Below are positions 22,726 through 30,966 of a DNA stretch of 34,791 nucleotides, piece by piece (the stretch's first letter is position 1; every line of letters begins with the position of its first letter). The position numbers and the translations under genes are program-made. The DNA lies in IMG/VR virus record IMGVR_UViG_3300045988_072765. One strand, written 5' to 3'. The stretch is from a virus. The notes beneath the pieces were generated by a model, which was given only the letters and a program-made list of their open reading frames with translations, was not told the origin of the DNA and did not search any database.

Positions 22726-23092
22726 ATACGCAAGCTTGCGCAAAATTGAGTTTGAACTGTGTGGAGGGAATCTCCCTGAGAAATACAAGAAATTTATCCA
22801 GCGAGTGCTCAATGACAGGAATCTTATCCCCGCCGCTGACGTGGCCCCGGTGGTGCGCTGGGTTCTTACTGATGAAAAATTGCCACCGGAGGGGCAGGAT
22901 GTACTTTGCTGGTACGAGTATTTCCGCTTCGGAGAGTATAACCGAATGTATCAAACCTTCGGAATCGGATACCAGTTCAACGGCAATTGGGGCGGAGAGG
23001 TAGCGCAAGGACAGAAAGCGAAGGTTTTGGCTTGGATACCTTTACCGAAACCGCCGAAAATGGAAGGGGGCGAGAGTGGTGAGACTGATTGA
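22718..23092 (+). CDS. Small protein sharing the DVAPVVRW motif with its neighbours
   Basis: Start set at ATG 22718 (MDEYASL...), 124 aa. Contains AADVAPVVRWV. Confidence 0.6.
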   Translation: MDEYASLRKIEFELCGGNLPEKYKKFIQRVLNDRNLIPAADVAPVVRWVLTDEKLPPEGQDVLCWYEYFRFGEYNRMYQTFGIGYQFNGNWGGEVAQGQKAKVLAWIPLPKPPKMEGGESGETD

Positions 23093-23333
23093 TGCTGATG
23101 AATTGGGCGTGGGCCGATGCAGCATGGATGTATTGCCAGCGGACTACTGCGCCGGGTGGAATGGGCTGATAGGGTTGTTAGAAAAAGCACCCACAGTGGA
23201 TGCCGTGCCGGTGGTGCGGTGCAGAGACTGTGCACACCTGTATGGGTCAATATGTGCGGCCTGCGGTTTGTTGCCCCGCAAACCTGACGAATTTTGCAGC
23301 AGAGGGGAGCGAAAGGAGGCTGACAGTGACTGA
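23076..23333 (+). CDS. Small Cys-rich protein, paralog 2 (DAVPVVRCRDC...CAACG...FCSRGERK)
   Basis: 85 aa. Paralog of 22465-22725. Confidence 0.65.
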   Translation: MVRLIDADELGVGRCSMDVLPADYCAGWNGLIGLLEKAPTVDAVPVVRCRDCAHLYGSICAACGLLPRKPDEFCSRGERKEADSD

Positions 23334-23457
23334 AAAATATTTAGGCCTGATCGGCCCGGAGGACAGCGTGTATCTGCGGCTGATCCAGAGGGAGGCGGAG
23401 AAGACCGGACTGCCAGTACTGCAAGTGAGCCAGCGGGACGAGCGCAGGATGCGCTGA
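23326..23457 (+). CDS. Possible 43-aa ORF (GTG start)
   Basis: AAGGAGG (23313-23319) lies 6 nt before the GTG. Same frame as the track ORF 23200-23457, whose upstream part overlaps the previous gene. Confidence 0.4.
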   Translation: MTEKYLGLIGPEDSVYLRLIQREAEKTGLPVLQVSQRDERRMR

Positions 23458-23478
23458 ATGAAACGAAGGAGGTCAACA

Positions 23479-23868
23479 ATGAAACGCGTTAAGTTTTGGA
23501 AAATTCTTCTGGTGATGGCATCGGTGCTTATCATCTTGGTCGGCTGCAGCGAAGCGGACAAAGTCAACACGAACATAAGCAAGCAGGCCGATTATTTTGA
23601 GTGCGAGCGCAAGATCACGGTGTACAACGCCCGCACAGATCTGGTAATTCTGGAGTGCGAAGGGTACCTCGCTTTGAGTAACAACAGCAACAATGAATTG
23701 GTGGTAACAGTCAAGACAGGGCCTGCGACTTACAAGAAAAATTACATCTATCTCAACGATTACACCATGTATGTGGTGGAGGATATTACGGGTACCCACA
23801 CGGATCCATATCACTACAAGCTATATTTCCACACGCAGCTTCAGCCGCACGTTGAGATCAAACCGTGA
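23479..23868 (+). CDS. Lipoprotein of unknown function (AT-richer gene in the early region)
   Basis: Start set at MKRVKFWKILLVMASVLIILVGC (signal peptide plus lipobox LVGC). AGGAGG RBS 6 nt upstream. Confidence 0.75.
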   Translation: MKRVKFWKILLVMASVLIILVGCSEADKVNTNISKQADYFECERKITVYNARTDLVILECEGYLALSNNSNNELVVTVKTGPATYKKNYIYLNDYTMYVVEDITGTHTDPYHYKLYFHTQLQPHVEIKP

Positions 23869-24122
23869 CCGCGGGGGCGCTGATCAGCGAGAGCGACTGG
23901 CTCCGGCTGCGGGCGGCTTTGCGGCACATGGACGAGATAAGTCTGGAGCGGTCGCTGGGCGCGGTCCTGGTGCAGGCCAGCACCGCACGGGTTAAAAAAG
24001 CATGGCCGGTGGCCATGGTGGTGGGTCTGGCGGTGGAGTATCCAGGCGGGAGCCAGCGCCAGTATTTTCAGACGATCAAGGCCGCCCGGGAGGCGGCAGA
24101 AGAATGGAGGATCTATGGCTGA
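23865..24122 (+). CDS. Hypothetical protein
   Basis: 85-aa ORF with a GTG start overlapping the upstream stop. Confidence 0.5.
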   Translation: MTAGALISESDWLRLRAALRHMDEISLERSLGAVLVQASTARVKKAWPVAMVVGLAVEYPGGSQRQYFQTIKAAREAAEEWRIYG

Positions 24123-24417
24123 GTATAGCGATGAGTTTGACCGGCTGCGGAAAAACAGGGTGGCCGTGTCCTATCACAAGTACGGACCAGCCCGGAATAA
24201 TTTTGGCGAGGGCCGTGTGGATGCACTGGCGACGGCCCAGCTGTGTCTGGACGCCTTCCGGCGGGACCACAACACGGAGCACCTGGTAGACGCCGCCAAT
24301 TATCTGATGTTCCGTTACATGTTCCCATTGCCCGGAGAATTTTTTAAAACCACGGACGACTCCGGCAGCGTGGGAACGGTTGGCACGCCGCTGAATATGG
24401 AGGGAGGACGATTATGA
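24115..24417 (+). CDS. Hypothetical protein
   Basis: 100-aa ORF, tightly coupled to its neighbours. Confidence 0.55.
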   Translation: MAEYSDEFDRLRKNRVAVSYHKYGPARNNFGEGRVDALATAQLCLDAFRRDHNTEHLVDAANYLMFRYMFPLPGEFFKTTDDSGSVGTVGTPLNMEGGRL

Positions 24418-24719
24418 GCGGGATGCTGGACAGGCTCCGCGCCCGCCACGAGACGGAGTTGAGAGTGACCCGGCAGGTGGTGCGGCAAGAGATGGCGGAC
24501 ATGGCCGTGCTGGCCCTCCATCGGGCCTTTGGGTTTGGCCCGGACCGGTGCAAGCGATTTATGACTGAGCTCAACCAGGTGGCGCAGGAGGTAGGCGAGC
24601 TGGTTGACGGCGATACCAAGGACGGTATGTTTGCCATCGCCCGATTTGAGGCCTGCTTGCAGGAGGCCGAGGGGCCATACTACGCCAGCAGGTCCGAGCG
24701 GTACGGATGGGAGGACTGA
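24414..24719 (+). CDS. Hypothetical protein
   Basis: 101-aa ORF with ATGA overlap. Confidence 0.55.
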   Translation: MSGMLDRLRARHETELRVTRQVVRQEMADMAVLALHRAFGFGPDRCKRFMTELNQVAQEVGELVDGDTKDGMFAIARFEACLQEAEGPYYASRSERYGWED

Positions 24720-24721
24720 GG

Positions 24722-24997
24722 ATGACGAGTCAACCATGTTGGACCTGCCAAAAGTATTACGGAGGATGCAGCTGGACGGCCCGGGACCCGGCGACGGGAC
24801 AGCTGCAATTTAAGCCAGTGGAGGGCTGGGAGGCTGTCCATCGGGTCTATGGTGAGTATCAGCGATACGGGATAAAGGCTGTTGAGAGCTATGAGATCAT
24901 CTCGTGCCCTGAGTACGTCTCTGACGGCTCAGACAGCAGGCGGAGCCGGTTTCACCGGGGCTGGGAAAAAGAGTTAGACGACGAGAGGAGCATCTAA
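24722..24997 (+). CDS. Small Cys-rich (zinc-ribbon-like) phage protein
   Basis: Start set at MTSQPCWTCQKYYGGCSW after GGGAGGA. Contains CxxC...C...CP. Confidence 0.55.
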   Translation: MTSQPCWTCQKYYGGCSWTARDPATGQLQFKPVEGWEAVHRVYGEYQRYGIKAVESYEIISCPEYVSDGSDSRRSRFHRGWEKELDDERSI

Positions 24998-25438
24998 GTG
25001 CTGAATCATATTGTTATCATGGGCCGTCTGGCCTGGGACCCTGAGCTGGGGCGCACACAGACGGGGACGCCGGTGGCGTCCTTCCGTCTGGCAGTAGAGC
25101 GAGACTTCAAGGACAAGGCCAGCGGGGAGCGCATCACCGACTGGATCGACGTGACGGCCTGGAGCTATACGGCGGAGTTTGTCTCCCGATATTTCACCAA
25201 GGGCCGTATGGCTGTGGTGTCGGGGCGTCTGCAAACTCAGGAGTGGACTGACCGGGACGGCAACAAGCGCCGCTTTGTCGGCGTAGTTGCTGACAGCGTT
25301 TATTGGGGAGACTCCCGGCGTGAGGGCGACGGCCAGAGCACAGCAGCTCCGGCTCCCGCCTATCAGACTCCGGTCTATCAGCCCCAGCAAGATTTTATTG
25401 AGCTGCCGGACGACGGCTCCGGGAATCTGCCGTTTTAA
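24998..25438 (+). CDS. ssb: Single-stranded DNA-binding protein
   Basis: OB-fold N-terminus (IVIMGRLAWDPELGRTQTGTPVASFRLAV...W..V..W), a Pro/Gln-rich linker and an acidic tip DDGSGNLPF. Confidence 0.92.
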   Translation: MLNHIVIMGRLAWDPELGRTQTGTPVASFRLAVERDFKDKASGERITDWIDVTAWSYTAEFVSRYFTKGRMAVVSGRLQTQEWTDRDGNKRRFVGVVADSVYWGDSRREGDGQSTAAPAPAYQTPVYQPQQDFIELPDDGSGNLPF

Positions 25439-25450
25439 GGGGGAGGTCGT

Positions 25451-25645
25451 ATGAAATTGGGAGATAAGGTGGTACGGATGCCGGTTACCATCGAGCATCC
25501 GGTCATTACAGATCGGGGCGCTATCAGGAGCGAGCGGAGGCCCATGAGCGGGCGAGTGGTTTACATCCACCCGCTGGGGCGTTTTTATCTGGTCGAGTTT
25601 GACACGCCGGGCGGCCCGGTCCGGGAAGCATTCTGGGGGGTGTAA
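25451..25645 (+). CDS. Hypothetical protein
   Basis: 64-aa ORF. Confidence 0.5.
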   Translation: MKLGDKVVRMPVTIEHPVITDRGAIRSERRPMSGRVVYIHPLGRFYLVEFDTPGGPVREAFWGV

Positions 25646-25648
25646 CGG

Positions 25649-26101
25649 ATGGACGTGCTGGTGATCAAGTGCGGCAAGCAGACCATGGAGGAGTTGAGGG
25701 AGCTGCGGGATTTTGCCGTGGAGTCTTTGGCGCGGGGCGTGCTGGTGCTGGGCCTGGGATGCAGCTGGTCGGTGGAGGATCTGCCCGAGCGGGTGCAGGT
25801 TGACGCCCCGCGACTGACGGGCAAAGCGGAGACCGAGCTGCTGCGGGAGAAAAACATTGAGTTTAGGGTCGGCCCGCAGATCATCACAGGTGCCGGGGCC
25901 AAGCAGAAACGGGAGATTTTGGACCGGCTGACCAAGTATCGCAAGACCCATGGGCAAGGCTGCTTTGCGTCGCTGGAGGGCGCCCAGGGTGTAAACGCCA
26001 CCCTGATGCGTGGACTGCTGACGGGGCTGACCACGGCGGACATGCAGACCTGGGAGGCCGTGGACAAGGCCCTGGACAAACTGGAGGGCGGCCATGGGTG
26101 A
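25649..26101 (+). CDS. Hypothetical protein
   Basis: 150-aa ORF. Confidence 0.55.
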   Translation: MDVLVIKCGKQTMEELRELRDFAVESLARGVLVLGLGCSWSVEDLPERVQVDAPRLTGKAETELLREKNIEFRVGPQIITGAGAKQKREILDRLTKYRKTHGQGCFASLEGAQGVNATLMRGLLTGLTTADMQTWEAVDKALDKLEGGHG

Positions 26102-26831
26102 GCGCCTGTGGTACTGCACCAGACAGCGGGCCGGGCCTCTGGTCAAGGAGTGCAGAGCACTGAGGCCCAGGCTGTCCGCTGATGATACGCCGTGGGAGCG
26201 CCGGGAGAAAAACAAGATCCTGGTTCCGCCAAGGGACAGCGCGGTCTGTCACAGCACAGTGGACCGGCTGGAGCTGCGGCTTGCGCTGTTTGGCTTTGAG
26301 GGCTGCTGTTACACACTGACCTTTGACGAGGATCACCTGCCGCTCAAGTTCAGGGACGCACGGGCGGCGGCCCGGAACTTTTGGGTCAAGCTCCAGCGCT
26401 GGAACGGAGGGCAGGCGTTTGACCGGGTGTCGCTGATCGAGGGCAAGCACGGCGACCGGCGGTATCACCTCCACGCGGTGCTCCGGTACGGGCAGTTTCC
26501 GCCCGCAGTGATCCAGCACCTATGGACGGCGGGGTTTGTGGATGACGAGCCTTTGCTGCGGGGACCCGCGGACAGTTACCGCCGCATGGCCAGGTACTAC
26601 ACTAAGGAGTCCACGGACGGGATCATTATCCCGACGGGATCGCGCCCGTGGACCTCCAGCAGGACGCTGACCCGGCAACTGCCGCCGCCCAAAAAATGGA
26701 TGTCCACCAGCGGAAACATCCGGATCCCAAAGGACGCTTATGCTTGCGGGCGGAACCAGGTGCAGAACGAATTCGGGGTCTACAACTATGCGTGGTACAT
26801 CGACAAAGTGCCTGAGAATTCTTTATTTTAA
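26094..26831 (+). CDS. HUH-type rolling-circle Rep-like protein
   Basis: The three Rep motifs appear in order: CYTLTFD (motif 1), RRYHLHAVL (HUH) and ARYYTKES (catalytic Tyr, YxxK). Confidence 0.6.
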   Translation: MGERLWYCTRQRAGPLVKECRALRPRLSADDTPWERREKNKILVPPRDSAVCHSTVDRLELRLALFGFEGCCYTLTFDEDHLPLKFRDARAAARNFWVKLQRWNGGQAFDRVSLIEGKHGDRRYHLHAVLRYGQFPPAVIQHLWTAGFVDDEPLLRGPADSYRRMARYYTKESTDGIIIPTGSRPWTSSRTLTRQLPPPKKWMSTSGNIRIPKDAYACGRNQVQNEFGVYNYAWYIDKVPENSLF

Positions 26832-26885
26832 AGGAACTTGAAATATAGTCGGATAATACGCACATTTTTAAAAAGGCGGTGATAA

Positions 26886-27068
26886 GTGTTGAAAAACCCA
26901 AACGAACATGGTAAACTAAGCATAAAGGACGGATGGGTTATGTGCCCTTCCTGCCGAGCGATGAAACTACTCCGACTCCCTCCAGACGGCAAAGTCAAAG
27001 CTTTTGTCTTTTGCCGACACTGCAAGCGGGAGCAATATCTGGATATCGATTTGAGCCTGAGCCAATGA
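26886..27068 (+). CDS. Cysteine-rich KTR-like zinc-ribbon protein (start uncertain)
   Basis: WVMCPSCRAMKLLRLPPDGKVKAFVFCRHCKREQYLDI fits the W..CP.C..K...(n)..FC..CKRE pattern. Lies in an AT-rich islet with its own terminator. Confidence 0.55.
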   Translation: MLKNPNEHGKLSIKDGWVMCPSCRAMKLLRLPPDGKVKAFVFCRHCKREQYLDIDLSLSQ

Positions 27069-27123
27069 GCCTGAGCCGTATGTAACGCGAGAGCGTTCAT
27101 GTCGGCTTGGGCTCTTTTGTTTT
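27067..27123 (+). terminator. Compound hairpin plus T-run after the KTR-like gene
   Basis: GAGCCTGAGCCG pairs with CGGCTTGGGCTC in 10 of 12 positions. An inner hairpin AACGC-gaga-GCGTT lies between them. Followed by TTTTGTTTT. Confidence 0.55.
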
Positions 27124-27177
27124 GCCCGGAGGTGATAGCCCGGTGCCAAAAGGCTGAGCCGACACAAGGAGGGCACT

Positions 27178-27486
27178 ATGTGGGACGGGTACAGGACTCA
27201 GCGCTGGAAACGACTTCGGGCGGCGGCCCTGCGGCGGGACGGATATCGATGCCGTGAAAACTTGCGGTACGGCCGAAAGGTCGATGCCTGCTATGTGCAT
27301 CACGTCTGGCCTGCTGAGGACTATCCGGAGTATGCCTGGTGCCTGTGGAATCTGGTCTCGTTGAGCAAGCAGAGCCATGAGGCCATGCACGACCGGGTGA
27401 CTCACAAGCTGACGCCGCTGGGTGAGTCCTGGCGGCGCAGGGTATCCCCCCCGGTATCTCCTCCCGATTCCGCGCCGTTTGCGTAA
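27178..27486 (+). CDS. HNH endonuclease (terminase-associated, HK97 gp74-like role)
   Basis: C..C-less HNH core YVHHVWP...WNLVSLS...HEAMH. AAGGAGGG RBS. Lies immediately upstream of the terminase. Confidence 0.85.
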   Translation: MWDGYRTQRWKRLRAAALRRDGYRCRENLRYGRKVDACYVHHVWPAEDYPEYAWCLWNLVSLSKQSHEAMHDRVTHKLTPLGESWRRRVSPPVSPPDSAPFA

Positions 27487-27648
27487 TGGTGAGGGAAGGT
27501 TTTCCGACGGAGGGAGGAAAAACCGGGGAGGGGTAAACGAGATCGCAGAGACCCACGCGGGCGCGGATGAGCGCGACGCGGGCGCGAACGACGCGGGCGG
27601 GCGCAAGGTCCACTCCCCTGCCCCGCTGATCTGACCGGAGGTGAGCCG

Positions 27649-29775
27649 ATGGGCCGGGAGGCCATGATCCGCGCCGACATGGAGGCCGTCGGCACCTACA
27701 ACCCGATTTTTGACAAGACCATCAAAGCCCTGGCCCGGACGGAGCGCGAGCTTTCCCGGGCGGAAAAGACCTGGCGGGAGAACGGGGCCCAGCTGGTGGC
27801 CAAGCAGGTGAACAAGGCCGGGGCCGAGTATCTGGCCCGAGACCCGTACTGGGCGGCGGTGGACAAGCTGCGGGCTGACGTGCAGTCTCTGCGCACTCAG
27901 CTGGGGCTGACGCCAAAGGCGCTGAAGGCCGTACAGACCAAGCTGGCAGAGACGGCCAGCGGCCGGCGCAGCCGTCTGGCCGAGCTGATGGACGCGGCCC
28001 ACGAGCACGCCATGACTCATGCCGGGGACTACCAAGCGGAGGTGGACGGCTACGTCAACGGGGTGCTGTCCGGGGAGACGGTGGCCTGCGAGGAGATCGT
28101 GCTGGCCTGCAAGCGCTATGTGCGGGACCTGGAAAACCCCAAGTGGGATTTTCGGTTTGAGCCGGCCTGCGAGATCATCGCCATCATCGAGACCATGATG
28201 TGCCACCAGCAGGGGGAATTTATGGACGGCACGCCTTTGCGGGGCACGCCCTTCCTGCTACTCCCCTACCACAAGTTCATCGTGGCGAACATCATGGGCT
28301 TTTACCAGCGGGGCACACAGCTGCGGCGGTTTACCGAGGCCCAGGACTTTATCCCCAGGAAAAATATCAAGACCACCTTTGCCGCTGCCCTGGCCTGGGC
28401 GCTGGCCCTGTACTACGCGCCATCCGGCTCAAAGGTGTACGAGGTGGGCGGCGCCCTGAAGCAGGCCCTGGAGGGCTTTGACTTCATCAAGTACAACATC
28501 AAGCGCCTGCACCTGACGGTGGAGGACGACCAGGAGAACGGCCTGCGGGTCATCAACAACAACATGGAGCGGTCCATCACCGGAGACCTGGGGGACGCCG
28601 GTTTTATCAGCATCAACGCCCTGGCCGCCAGTGTGGACAAGCAGGACAGCTTTAACTGCAACATCGTGATCGCCGACGAGGAGCACACCTACAAAAGCCC
28701 CCAGCAGTATCAGGTCCTGAAGGACGCAACCAAGGCATACTCCAACAAATTGGTGATCGGGATCTCCTCCGGCGGCAAACTGGCCCATGGATTTTTAGCC
28801 CGGCGCGTGGACTACTGCCGCAAGGTGCTGAACGGCACCATTACCGGAGACGCTGCGGACAGTCTGTTTATTTTTCTGGCCTGCGCCCCACGGATGGACA
28901 ACGGGGACGTGGACTACACCAACGAGCAGGTATTGGCCGGGTGCAATCCAGGCTGGGGCCAGTCCATCCGGCCCCAGGACATGCTGAACGACGCCGCCCA
29001 AGCCAAGGACGACCCACAGCTGCGGCCCGAGTTTTTGCAGAAGTCGTTAAACGTATTCACGGCGGAGCTAAAGGCATGGTTTGACGTGGAGGAATTCCGG
29101 GCCAGCGACCGGCAATATAACTGGACGCTGGACGAGCTGCGGCGGCTGCCCATCCGGTGGTACGGCGGAAGCGACCTGTCTAAGCTACACGACCTGACGG
29201 CGGCCTGTCTGTTTGGCCACTACAAGGGCGTGGACATCATCATCCCCCACTGCTGGTTCCCGGTGACGGCGGCCATGGTCAAAGCCAATGAGGACCAGAT
29301 CCCCCTGTTTGGCTGGAAGGACGACGGCTGGCTGGACATGTGCAACGACAAGGTGCTCAACTACTCTGACGTGGTCAAGTGGTACATGGCCCGGCGGGCG
29401 GAGGGATTTAAGATCCGCCGGATCGGACACGACCGGAGATTTTGCCGGGAGTACTACGTGGAGATGAAAAAGCAGCACTTCCCCATCAAGGACCAGCCCC
29501 AGCTGTTCACCCGGAAAAGCGAGGGCTTCCGGTATCTGGAAGCCAGCACCAAACGGGGCACCCTGTATTACTGCCACGCGGAGCCCTTTGAGTACTGCGT
29601 GCAGAACGTCCGGGGCATCGAAAAGAGCGACGACATGGTGATGTATGAGAAGCTGGAGCCGCACCTGCGCATTGACGTGTTTGACTGCGCTGTGTTTGCG
29701 GCCTGTACCTATCTGGAGGATCTGGAGGCGGGCGGCAAGTCCGCCGCCTGGTTTGGAGGTGACGAGAAAGCGTGA
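27649..29775 (+). CDS. terL: Terminase: P27-like small-subunit segment fused in frame to the large subunit
   Basis: 708 aa. Residues about 1-105 (YNPIFDKTIKALA...SLRTQLGLTPKALKA) resemble P27-family TerS. The rest is a Terminase_1-type TerL with ATPase and nuclease regions, followed by the portal gene. Confidence 0.85.
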   Translation: MGREAMIRADMEAVGTYNPIFDKTIKALARTERELSRAEKTWRENGAQLVAKQVNKAGAEYLARDPYWAAVDKLRADVQSLRTQLGLTPKALKAVQTKLAETASGRRSRLAELMDAAHEHAMTHAGDYQAEVDGYVNGVLSGETVACEEIVLACKRYVRDLENPKWDFRFEPACEIIAIIETMMCHQQGEFMDGTPLRGTPFLLLPYHKFIVANIMGFYQRGTQLRRFTEAQDFIPRKNIKTTFAAALAWALALYYAPSGSKVYEVGGALKQALEGFDFIKYNIKRLHLTVEDDQENGLRVINNNMERSITGDLGDAGFISINALAASVDKQDSFNCNIVIADEEHTYKSPQQYQVLKDATKAYSNKLVIGISSGGKLAHGFLARRVDYCRKVLNGTITGDAADSLFIFLACAPRMDNGDVDYTNEQVLAGCNPGWGQSIRPQDMLNDAAQAKDDPQLRPEFLQKSLNVFTAELKAWFDVEEFRASDRQYNWTLDELRRLPIRWYGGSDLSKLHDLTAACLFGHYKGVDIIIPHCWFPVTAAMVKANEDQIPLFGWKDDGWLDMCNDKVLNYSDVVKWYMARRAEGFKIRRIGHDRRFCREYYVEMKKQHFPIKDQPQLFTRKSEGFRYLEASTKRGTLYYCHAEPFEYCVQNVRGIEKSDDMVMYEKLEPHLRIDVFDCAVFAACTYLEDLEAGGKSAAWFGGDEKA

Positions 29776-30965
29776 GTAAGAGACAGCGAAAAACTCCACC
29801 CAAGGCGAGGGACAAGCCCACAAGTTCCTGCATGGCCTGGCTGTGCGGAGCGGACGCCTTTGACACCCTTACCTGTCAGGGCTACACCAGTTTGGCCCAA
29901 AACCCGGAGATCATCGCCGGGGTGGACGCCATCGCCCGGGCCATCGGCTCCATGAGCATCCACCTGCTGCGCAACAGCACGGACGGGGACCTGCGGGTGT
30001 TTGATGGGCTGGCCCGGAAGCTGGACATTGACCCCAATGCCAACATGACCCGGTCGGCCTTTATGTCTTGGATCGTGCGGACCATGTATCTGGAGGGCAA
30101 CGGCAACGCGGTGGTTTGGCCCCAGACGGAAAACGGACGGCTGGGGGACCTGATCCCCATTCCTCCGGCCTACGCGTCCTTTGTGCCGGACGGCTGGGGC
30201 TACCGGGTGTACATCAACGGGCAGGCCCACCGACCGGACGAGGTGCTCCACTTTACCATCGGGTCCGACACCCTCTATCCCTGGCTGGGCACCGGCTACC
30301 GGGTATCCCTGGGCGAGGTGGCCAACAACCTGAAGCAGGCGTCCAAGACGGAAAAGGGCTTTATGGAGAGCAAGTGGAAGCCCTCTTTAATCGTCAAGGT
30401 GGACGCACTGACGGAGGAGTTTGCCAGCCCCGCCGGGCGGCAGAAACTGCTGGAGTCCTACGCCATGAGCGGACAGGCCGGGGAGCCGTGGATGATCCCG
30501 GCGGAGCAGTTCAGCGTGGAGCAGGTAAAACCGCTGACTTTGTCAGACCTGGCCCTGGACGCCATGGTCACCCTGGACAAGCGGACGGTGGCCTCCGTGC
30601 TGGGGATCCCGCCCTTTGTGCTGGGGGTGGGCGAGTTCAGCCGGGACGCCTGGAACAACTTTGTGAACAGCACGCTGATGCCCCTGGCCAAGGCCATGGA
30701 GCAGGAGTTTTCCCGCAAGCTGCTAGGATCGCCGGAGCTGTTTTACCGGTTTAATTCCCGCAGCCTTTACAGCTACTCCATCACCGAGCTGGTGTCGGCG
30801 GGGGCCGAGATGGTGGACCGCATGGCCCTGCGGAGGAACGAGTGGCGCAGCTGGCTGAACCTTTCCCCGGACGAGGACATGCAGACCCTGCTGGCGCTGG
30901 AAAACTACCTGCCGGAGGACCGGCTGGGCGACCAGAAAAAATTAAACCCAAAGGAGGGGGAATAG
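29772..30965 (+). CDS. Portal protein (HK97 family)
   Basis: 397 aa between the terminase and the prohead protease. Start overlaps the terminase stop. Confidence 0.88.
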   Translation: MSKRQRKTPPKARDKPTSSCMAWLCGADAFDTLTCQGYTSLAQNPEIIAGVDAIARAIGSMSIHLLRNSTDGDLRVFDGLARKLDIDPNANMTRSAFMSWIVRTMYLEGNGNAVVWPQTENGRLGDLIPIPPAYASFVPDGWGYRVYINGQAHRPDEVLHFTIGSDTLYPWLGTGYRVSLGEVANNLKQASKTEKGFMESKWKPSLIVKVDALTEEFASPAGRQKLLESYAMSGQAGEPWMIPAEQFSVEQVKPLTLSDLALDAMVTLDKRTVASVLGIPPFVLGVGEFSRDAWNNFVNSTLMPLAKAMEQEFSRKLLGSPELFYRFNSRSLYSYSITELVSAGAEMVDRMALRRNEWRSWLNLSPDEDMQTLLALENYLPEDRLGDQKKLNPKEGE

Positions 30966-30966
30966 C

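Noticed and set aside
26828-27100. 90-aa minus-strand ORF in the AT-rich islet.
   Set aside because: It overlaps the KTR-like ORF and the terminator hairpin and has no RBS or motif. The plus-strand ORF has the conserved double CxxC pattern.
27422-27634. 70-aa ORF between the HNH gene and the terminase, as a possible separate small terminase.
   Set aside because: It overlaps the HNH 3' end, has no RBS and has a Gly/Arg/Ala/Pro-rich composition. The P27-like sequence is instead found at the N-terminus of the 708-aa terminase ORF.
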